Source of the DNA: an uncultured Caldilineaceae bacterium
GTDB lineage: Bacteria > Chloroflexota > Anaerolineae > 4572-78 > J111
DNA: 56,523 nucleotides
Direction: 5' to 3'
Assembly (NCBI GenBank): GCA_964604225.1
Contig: CAZRYD010000004.1
Span: forward strand, 1-56,523
This document shows positions 36,701 to 41,925 of this stretch, piece after piece; the first letter of the stretch is position 1; every line of letters starts with the position of its first letter. The notes under the pieces were generated by a model. That model did no database searches and was not told the DNA's origin. It saw nothing but the letters and a program-made list of their open reading frames with translations. A program made the position numbers and the translations under genes.

Positions 36701-38320
36701 CTGCCGCGCAGTTTTGACGCGACCCAGGGCAATTTGACCGTCAACGTCGATCCCAGCCTGGCCGCAAGCATGCGCACCGGCCTGAATTATCTGGAGCATT
36801 TCCCCTACGAGTGCGTCGAGCAAACGATCAGCCGCTTCTTGCCCAATCTTTTTACCTATCGAGCCTACCAAAAGTTGCGGCTGGAAAACCCCGATTTGGC
36901 CCAACACTTACCTGACTTGGTCGGCGAGGGGCTGCAACGTCTTTACAGCCAGCAGCACGTCGATGGTGGTTGGGGCTGGTGGCTTCAAGATAGCAGCGAC
37001 CCGTTCTTGACCGCCTATGTGCTGCTGGGGTTGGTTGAGGCGCGGCGAGCCGACTTTACCATCGACCAAACGGTCGTCGATAACGCTATCGCTTTTCTGC
37101 AAGCCAATTTGACTGCGCCCAAGGACATCGCTGCACCCTGGCAGGGCAATCGGCAGGCCTTTATCCTCTACGTGCTGGGCGAGGCCGGTTCCGGCGACCT
37201 GAGCCGGAGCGTGGCCCTGTTTGAGCAGCGCCAGCAGCTCGACAACTTTGGCCGGGCTTTTCTGGCCCTGGCCATGCACCTGGCCGCCCCCGAAACCAAG
37301 CAGATTGAGACTTTGCAGGCTGATCTTACTGATGCGGCCATCGTCAGCGCCACCGGGGCGCATTGGGAGGAAGCCCAGGTGGATTACTACGCCATGAATA
37401 CCGATATCCGCAGCACAGCCATCATCGTGGCGGCCCTGTCGCGAATTCAGCCGGATAATCCGGTGCTGCCCCAGGCCGTGCGCTGGCTGATGAGTGTCCG
37501 AGCTAAGGGTGGCCATTGGGAAACTACCCAGGAGACAGCTTGGTCTATCATCGGTCTGACCGACTGGATGGCTGCCAGCGGTGAATTGCAAGCTGATTAC
37601 ACCTGGAATGTTTCTTTGAATGGCGCAGAAATAAGCCAGGGAAGCGTGGATAAAGCCAACCTTGACCAAACCCAACAACTGCAAGTGGCGGTAAAAGACC
37701 TGCTGGCCGATACAGTCAATCGGCTGGCGGTCGAGCGGGATACTGCCGCCGGTGCTGCCGGCGATGCAGGTCGGCTTTACTATGCTGCCTATCTCACCTA
37801 CTTCAAGCCGGTCCAAGAAGTCAAAGCCCTTGAGCGGGGCATATACGTCTCCCGCCAATACAGCTTGCTCTCTCTCTCTCCTTCACCGGAGGAAGGCCGG
37901 AGAGAGGCTCCCATCTCCACAGCCAAAGTGGGCGACTTTATCCAGGTCAAGTTGACGCTTGTGGCCCCGACCGATCTGCATTACGTGTTGGTCGAAGATC
38001 CTTTTCCCGCCGGCGCCGAGGGCGTGGACAGCAGTCTGGCCACTACCAGTGTGGTTGGGCAGTCGCCGGAGGCGGGCCTGAGCAAGGTAGAAGGCCAGTC
38101 AAAGGGATACGGCTGGTGGTACTTCTCCCACAGTGAGCTGCGCGACGAGAAAGCGGTGCTCTTTGCCACCTTTCTGCCGAAAGGAACCTACGAGTATATT
38201 TACACACTCCGCGCTTCCGTTCCGGGCGAATATCGGGTTATTCCCACCCAGGCCGAACAGATGTACTTCCCCGAAGTTTTTGGCCGGAGCGATGGCGGGG
38301 TATTCAAAATTACGGAATAA
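30728..38320 (+). CDS. Giant single-pass membrane protein: Hanks-type Ser/Thr protein kinase + FHA-like module (cytoplasmic), TM helix, Ig-like (SbsA/Big_5-type) repeats, full-length thioester-containing alpha-2-macroglobulin
   Basis: Continuous 2530-codon frame with AAGGA SD 7 nt before ATG 30728. Kinase motifs: GGMGAIY, VAIKE, HRDIKPQN, DFGIAK, SPPE. TM helix: WLWVAAGVVALLVVLGAVIFLT. A2M hallmarks: DRPLYRPGQTVYFKAIIR, AAYRKPEF, VRQNFADTALW, PDNLTTWV, LLVRPVAPRFFVVGDEV, YECVEQ, DGGWGWW, VLVEDPFPAGAEG. Confidence 0.9.
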   Translation: MTLSANSLLENRYRIDGLLAQGGMGAIYRGFDLTLDIPVAIKENFFQTPQGTRQFQQEARILARLHHPGLPRVINHFSIGDQQYLVMDFIEGQDLWEMVTKRGQPLGERQALDYMIQVCEAVQYLHQQNPPIIHRDIKPQNIKITPDSRAVLVDFGIAKVSRDDNLTDTGARGVTSGFSPPEQYSGSGTTPASDIYALGATLYAILTGKKPPDSVSLMAGEAKFEPPDQINPKLSRQVSATIEHAMQIQRADRPATVALWQQTLKAILETLPDDDTAVLVTNSRPAWLLDSTGQAHRLKPGFLIFGPAREEGTPASELLTTSPYVKLEFNGQHCLVYNPANMAEVTINDQPVGPAGQPFHFGDWLRIGRATFALTDVEPKERNPLPSILLSQDVDEPTETAYVPVAVVLAPMPATPTGPQSAAGAAQTMKDSAVPVRSSPWLWVAAGVVALLVVLGAVIFLTRGSGGNMAKFEPSVTSVPTSPTPSQTQAAAAASTPTVAAAVIIEPTSTPTPTIPLEPIAPLVLQTVPERGVEQPLDAPIEISFDQPMDRASVEKAFAIEPGASIDGVFDWVDDQTLHFSLKNGFQRGQRYRARLAATATSQAGLAMLRPFELRFNAVGFLEVVNVQPAAETTEVLADTKVTVFFNRPVVPLGAIESGGGSLPNPLTFVPQVSGTGAWLNTSIYQFTPDQNGFQPATEYTARVAKDLTDVFGQAVLADDFTWKFTTISPAVVGSVPAANDLYVSPTPVISVTFNQKMDRQSVEENLLVLNDQTGQPVPGQFAWAEVGLLLSPPLDEYGNIIYQYDEQGQQLPLDLEPIGVETVTFTPTEPLEFGAAYQLVLPKGVKGALDSTQTQSDYNASFTVTPYPELVSTNPADGEQFADIYQGLDLTFNAPMSPTSLIFGQNLVVEPEISATEVYSYWSMNNTQVNINFPRRENSEYTVTLRADIEGRYGQPLNKDTTIRWKTWQQTPYVHLVSPKIATYNGYQPQTYVYMTVRNVSQVKFNLYRLSQAEFLQLSEQTFSGWDDSQQWNNFQPDPAKLVGAWNQSTDPAVYENYVYKVDVSQAVSSGQPLPPGLYYLEAAAPAESIYPEAQKADTSQAIDRQLLIVSKRNITFKQGAGDALAWLTDLQSGQPVSNAPIALLINRQPVSQTQTDQDGVATFTYEQFPNDVVPPPLVVFASNPDQPDDNFAVGVNTWNAGINSYDFNLYSAGFAGFRYGGPYNGYIYSDRPLYRPGQTVYFKAIIRADDDARYSLPTATPTATVQIFDGQYRQIYSQDLPLNELGTLNGEFKLSENAGLGGYSLQVVYEGTTFYGNFSVAAYRKPEFLVNATTDKNEYRQDETIKVSAQAEFFAGGPVSQAKVRWTLLTVPYAFQYQGFGYYDFVDVDELRRRPNEYYDTGYSERIADGEGITDADGRFTFEVPADISTRLASQQFTLDVAVTDINNQEVAAQARAIVHKGDLYVGLRPERYVGQVGVDNPVEVLVVDWQSQPVPNQVVEVVAAEYNSYSVQALDPASNPNNPNEAYYWENVVENVAVFTTTITTDEEGKAVANFRPDKPGNYKIYARAIDKNGQEVRTASLLWVSGSAYVNWGQENNDRIDLVTDQKQYNVGDTANILVPHPFSGTVTALVTLERGHVYDHFVTELKTNSDQLQIPISADLVPNIYVSVVIMKGMDETNPLPGFRVAYVRLPVNPAEKELKITLTPDKLAAETYQPGDTVAYQVQVTDVKGQPVKAELSLALIDKAVLTLMPDKPGQLLDTFWYERVLNVQTASGLTLALDRINRSLDEKKGGGGGEGSIGPDSVRQNFADTALWVADFTTDENGQGVVKATLPDNLTTWVLIAKGVTGANTRVGESRVEVVSSKPLLVRPVAPRFFVVGDEVQLGMVIQNNSDQPLTVEPSFTAEGLTIAATEAKPLELKVGERLRVDYNISVNEAQTAWLTMGAKSNLYSDAVAFELPIYHLSTPETVATVGALDETGTRIEGIALPRSFDATQGNLTVNVDPSLAASMRTGLNYLEHFPYECVEQTISRFLPNLFTYRAYQKLRLENPDLAQHLPDLVGEGLQRLYSQQHVDGGWGWWLQDSSDPFLTAYVLLGLVEARRADFTIDQTVVDNAIAFLQANLTAPKDIAAPWQGNRQAFILYVLGEAGSGDLSRSVALFEQRQQLDNFGRAFLALAMHLAAPETKQIETLQADLTDAAIVSATGAHWEEAQVDYYAMNTDIRSTAIIVAALSRIQPDNPVLPQAVRWLMSVRAKGGHWETTQETAWSIIGLTDWMAASGELQADYTWNVSLNGAEISQGSVDKANLDQTQQLQVAVKDLLADTVNRLAVERDTAAGAAGDAGRLYYAAYLTYFKPVQEVKALERGIYVSRQYSLLSLSPSPEEGRREAPISTAKVGDFIQVKLTLVAPTDLHYVLVEDPFPAGAEGVDSSLATTSVVGQSPEAGLSKVEGQSKGYGWWYFSHSELRDEKAVLFATFLPKGTYEYIYTLRASVPGEYRVIPTQAEQMYFPEVFGRSDGGVFKITE
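30764..31530 (+). other. Protein kinase catalytic domain of the giant ORF
   Basis: HRD lies at 31127-31135 and DFG at 31187-31195. The glycine loop and VAIK lysine are near the domain start. All catalytic residues are present. Confidence 0.85.
31583..31858 (+). other. FHA-like beta-sandwich segment of the giant ORF (degenerate)
   Basis: FLIFGPAREEG...SPYVKLEFNGQHCLVYNPANMAEVTINDQPV...LRIGRATFAL follows the FHA spacing. The canonical GR / SxxH / NG residues are only partly matched. Confidence 0.45.
32048..32113 (+). other. Single predicted transmembrane helix of the giant ORF
   Basis: A 22-residue hydrophobic stretch with Arg on its C-terminal side (followed by Gly/Ser), then a Pro/Thr/Ala/Ser-rich linker. 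Confidence 0.8.
36812..36823 (+). other. Thioester motif CVEQ (CxEQ) of the A2M thioester domain
   Basis: TGC GTC GAG CAA, in frame, within LEHFPYECVEQTISRF. Confidence 0.8.
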
Positions 38321-38353
38321 GGTCGGTTTTGTTGGAGATCAAATAGGAAAAAT

Positions 38354-38384
38354 GCCGTACAGCCTCAGTCCGTGCGGCGTTTTT
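38354..38384 (+). terminator. Rho-independent terminator after the kinase-A2M gene
   Basis: GCCGTAC (38354-38360) pairs with GTGCGGC (38372-38378) with one mismatch. T-run lies at 38380-38384. Confidence 0.5.
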
Positions 38385-38394
38385 AATTGGAATA

Positions 38395-38405
38395 TGTCCT
38401 ATAAT
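38395..38405 (+). promoter_or_regulatory. Extended -10-like element TGTCCTATAAT upstream of the histidine kinase gene
   Basis: It matches the recurrent TGTGCTATAAT motif at 10 of 11 positions and has a perfect TATAAT. Confidence 0.45.
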
Positions 38406-38460
38406 GAGTGGATAAAAAAATCGATAATATTCGATGTATCTGCCCCAAACTGCCAAAGTA

Positions 38461-38469
38461 TGTTATAAT
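38461..38469 (+). promoter_or_regulatory. Second extended -10 element TGTTATAAT, proximal to the histidine kinase gene
   Basis: TGnTATAAT, 35 nt upstream of ATG 38504. Confidence 0.45.
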
Positions 38470-38503
38470 GCAGACTGGATCTAGGTCGCTCCAGGTGTTT
38501 TCA

Positions 38504-40144
38504 ATGAAGGATGAAAATAAGAGCAAAACCCGGCTCATCAGCGAACTGGTTGAACTGCGCCAAAAGAATGAAGCTTTGGAAGCAGCGGCAGCCAAATGGC
38601 AAGAGGCGGAAGAGGTGCTGCGGCAGAGCGAGCAAAGGCTGAAACTGGCCCTCCGCGGGGCCAACCTGGGCCTGTGGGACTTGAATATTCAGACAAATGA
38701 GATCATTGTCAACCAACGGGCGACGGAGACGTTGGGTTACACTCCGGATGAGATTCAACTGTGTCTGAGTTGGTGGGATGAACGGACTCACCCTGACGAT
38801 TTGCCTGGTCTGTTTGAAACGTGGCAGGCTCATCTTAATCAGGAAACACCTTTCTACGAGTACGAATACCGTTTACAAAACAAGTCGGGTGAATGGAAAT
38901 GGATTCTGGACCGGGGTCAGGTGGTCGAGTGGGACGAAGTTGGCAACCCGCTACGAGCCACTGGAACCCACCTTGACATTACCGAGCGTAAGCAAGCCGA
39001 GGAAGCCCTGCAACGGCTTAACCGTGAACTGGCCTTGCTTAACCAGGCCAGTCAGGCTTTTAATTCCAGCCTCGATCTGAATGTGGTGCTGGTGAGTATT
39101 CTGGAAGAAGTGCGCCCGCTCCTGGGCGTCATTGGGGCCTCAATCTGGTTAATTGACCCTAAATCCGGCGAACTGGTCTGCCACCAGGCCTCTGGCATGC
39201 ACCGGGAGTTGTTGTCGGGTTGGCGTTTACCGCTGGGACAGGGTATCGTCGGCTGGGTAGCTCAGCACGATCAAAGCCAAATTGTGGCCGATGTGCAGAC
39301 CGATCCGCGTCACTTTAAAGAGATTGAGCAACATATGAAGCTGGAACTTCAGTCAATCCTCAGTGTACCTTTGCGCTCTAAAGAGAAAGTGATTGGTGTG
39401 TTAGAGGTGGTCGATACGGAGGCCAATCGATTTAACCAGACTGAACTGATGCTGGTTGAGTCGTTGGCAGCCACAGCCACCATTGCGATTGAGAATGCCC
39501 GGCTGTACGAGCAAACTCGCCGCGACGCGGAAACCAGAGCGGTGTTGTTGCAAGAGGTCAATCATCGCACCAAAAATAATCTGGCGGCAATTATCGGTCT
39601 GCTTCACCTGGAGCAGCGCCATATGAGTGAAGATGCTCATACGCTTTACCAGAACATTCTGCAGGATTTAATCAGCCGCATTCATGGCCTGGCCACGGCT
39701 CATCGGCTCCTCTCGACGGCTGACTGGTCGGCTATTCTCTTGAGCGAACTCGTGACCAAAGTGATTCATTCGGCGTTGCAGGCTTTACCGCTTGATAAAC
39801 ACGTCACGGTCAAGGTGCCGCCCTCTCCGCTCAAAGTGGCCCCCAATTTGGCTAACACCTTGGCCCTGGTTATTAATGAACTGACTACCAACACCGTGAA
39901 GTATGCCTGGTCGACATGCGAAAATGGTCATATTATTGTGCGCCTTGAGGCTGATGAAGATGAGGTTTTGCTTGAATTTCGAGACGATGGGCCGGGTTTT
40001 CCGGCAGAAGTCTTGAGCCTGGAGCGCTATAATGTTGGTTGGGAGCTGATTCAGACATTGGTTCATCAAGGGTTGCAGGGAACAATTGCCTTGCACAATG
40101 ACCAAGGTGCAGTGGCAACTATCCGCTTTCCCCACCTTGTTTAG
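38504..40144 (+). CDS. Cytoplasmic sensor histidine kinase: coiled coil, PAS, GAF, HisKA_2-type DHp, HATPase
   Basis: Start at MKDENKSKTRLISELVELRQKNE. PAS-like segment is WDLNIQTNEIIVNQR...EYRLQNKSGEWKWILDRG. GAF-like segment is IWLIDPKSGELVCH...LSVPL...IGVLEVVD. H-box is EVNHRTKNNLAAIIGLLHL. N and G boxes are INELTTNTVKYA and DDGPGFP. There is no TM segment. Confidence 0.85.
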   Translation: MKDENKSKTRLISELVELRQKNEALEAAAAKWQEAEEVLRQSEQRLKLALRGANLGLWDLNIQTNEIIVNQRATETLGYTPDEIQLCLSWWDERTHPDDLPGLFETWQAHLNQETPFYEYEYRLQNKSGEWKWILDRGQVVEWDEVGNPLRATGTHLDITERKQAEEALQRLNRELALLNQASQAFNSSLDLNVVLVSILEEVRPLLGVIGASIWLIDPKSGELVCHQASGMHRELLSGWRLPLGQGIVGWVAQHDQSQIVADVQTDPRHFKEIEQHMKLELQSILSVPLRSKEKVIGVLEVVDTEANRFNQTELMLVESLAATATIAIENARLYEQTRRDAETRAVLLQEVNHRTKNNLAAIIGLLHLEQRHMSEDAHTLYQNILQDLISRIHGLATAHRLLSTADWSAILLSELVTKVIHSALQALPLDKHVTVKVPPSPLKVAPNLANTLALVINELTTNTVKYAWSTCENGHIIVRLEADEDEVLLEFRDDGPGFPAEVLSLERYNVGWELIQTLVHQGLQGTIALHNDQGAVATIRFPHLV

Positions 40145-40176
40145 CCTCAATCAAATCAATGGAGGAGTACAGCGCC

Positions 40177-41922
40177 TTGAAAAAATCTGGGTATATGGCA
40201 GTTATATTGGCCTTGTGTTTGTTTTTGAGTCTAGTTGGGATAACCAGTGCCCAGGGTTCGGCAGGGGGACAGGCTTACACCGTACAAGCTACCGACTCAT
40301 TGAGCGGGCTGGCGGAGCAGTTTTATCAAAACTATGCGGCCTGGCCGGCCATTCAAATGGCTACCAATGCCAAAGCTGCCCAGGATAGCCGTTTTACACC
40401 CATCGAAGATCCGAACCAACTTGCGGCGGGACAATTGATCTGGATTCCCGACTCGGCTGAAGCGGAACAATTGTTGGGTGGCACTATTTCTCTGGGACCG
40501 CCGGAACCAAAACCGCTCACCCCTGAGTTGTTGGCCGATTTTGAAACCTATATTGAAACCACCCGCCAGCGTTTTCGTATCCCCGGCGTCGCCGTGGCGG
40601 TGGTTCAGGGCAATCAAATTGTTTTGGCCCAGGGTTTTGGGGTGCGCCAACTGGGCCAAGCAGACCCGGTGACGCCGGAAACCACTTTTGCCGTCGGCTC
40701 AACCACCAAAGCCATGACCTCGATGCTTATGGCTGCGCTGGTAGATGAGGGCAAACTGGCCTGGGATCAGCCGGTCCTTGAGCTGTGGCCCGACTTTAAG
40801 TTGTCCGATCCCGCTGTCACACCCCAGATTCGGGTACGTGACTTGCTGAATATGAGTAGCGGCCTGCCTCGGCTTGACCTGCCCTGGAGCGGGGCCGGAT
40901 TGACCGCCGAACAGACTATGACCTCCCTGGCCGACTTGCCCGTGCTCACTCCGCCGGGGCAGGTGTATCACTACAATAACCAAATTGTAGCGACAGGCGG
41001 TTACCTGAGTGCGCTGGCCACCGGCGGCCAATATGGCAATTTGCAGCAGGCCTATACTGACCTGTTACAAGCCCGTATTTTTAGCCCCATAGGTATGAGC
41101 AGCGCCACCACCTCTATTGAGGCAATCCAGGCCCAGCCTAACCACGCTACGCCGCACGATTTCACCCTGTCGGGCGAAGTGGTCCCGACCTATTTCCACG
41201 CTGACCCCGGCATCACCCCGGCCGGCGCAGTCAATGCCAACGTGCTGGATATGGCTAAATTTGTGATGACGCAACTGGGGCAGGGCGTCGCTCCGGATGG
41301 TACGCGGGTGGTGTCCACCAAGAATCTGGCCGAAACCTGGCAGCCTCAGGTGAGGGTGACCAAACAACTGAGTTATGGCATGGGTTGGTTTATTGAAAAT
41401 TATAAAGGGGTGAAAGTCATCTGGCACGATGGCGACGTGTTGGGCTTTAAAGCTTTAATCGCGTTTATCCCGGAGGCACAGGTGGGCCTGGTGGTGCTGA
41501 CCAACCGGATGATCTCAACCGGCTTTAGCTATAGTGTCCGCTACCACTTGCTGGACCAGCTTTACGGCTTTGATTTTGAGCAAGAGCCCAAATTTGAGGC
41601 GCAATGGGACGGCTTCATCGAAGCTATTGCCAAACTGCGAGCCCCGCTTAATCCACTGGTTGATCCTACCGAAGTAGCGCCCTATGTGGGGAACTATGAA
41701 GGCAATTGGCGGGTCGAGCTACGGGATAACAATACGCTATGGGCTACTCGCGGGCCGTATGAGTGGCGGCTGTTGCAAGATGTCAAAGCCGGGGAATTCG
41801 TCGTCAATAATGGTTTTGGTATTGCTACCCCGCTCAAATTTATTCAGACTGATGCCGGCAAGGTCACGATGACTTTTACCCTCACCTCGGGTGAGGTGGG
41901 CACATACCAGTTGTTACCCTGA
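40177..41922 (+). CDS. Secreted LysM domain + beta-lactamase/PBP-like serine hydrolase
   Basis: GGAGGAG lies 9 nt upstream of TTG 40177, with alternative starts at ATG 40159 and 40195. Signal peptide is KKSGYMAVILALCLFLSLVGITSAQG. LysM is YTVQATDSLSGLAEQFY...GQLIWIP. SxxK is GSTTKAM, followed by YNN and HDG motifs. Confidence 0.8.
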   Translation: MKKSGYMAVILALCLFLSLVGITSAQGSAGGQAYTVQATDSLSGLAEQFYQNYAAWPAIQMATNAKAAQDSRFTPIEDPNQLAAGQLIWIPDSAEAEQLLGGTISLGPPEPKPLTPELLADFETYIETTRQRFRIPGVAVAVVQGNQIVLAQGFGVRQLGQADPVTPETTFAVGSTTKAMTSMLMAALVDEGKLAWDQPVLELWPDFKLSDPAVTPQIRVRDLLNMSSGLPRLDLPWSGAGLTAEQTMTSLADLPVLTPPGQVYHYNNQIVATGGYLSALATGGQYGNLQQAYTDLLQARIFSPIGMSSATTSIEAIQAQPNHATPHDFTLSGEVVPTYFHADPGITPAGAVNANVLDMAKFVMTQLGQGVAPDGTRVVSTKNLAETWQPQVRVTKQLSYGMGWFIENYKGVKVIWHDGDVLGFKALIAFIPEAQVGLVVLTNRMISTGFSYSVRYHLLDQLYGFDFEQEPKFEAQWDGFIEAIAKLRAPLNPLVDPTEVAPYVGNYEGNWRVELRDNNTLWATRGPYEWRLLQDVKAGEFVVNNGFGIATPLKFIQTDAGKVTMTFTLTSGEVGTYQLLP

Positions 41923-41925
41923 TAG

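Noticed and set aside
34142-37858. Several long minus-strand ORFs (34142-35113, 36908-37858 and others) inside the giant gene
   Set aside because: All are antisense to the continuous kinase-A2M frame, which carries ordered family motifs throughout. The antisense products are Gly/Arg/Val-rich with no motifs.
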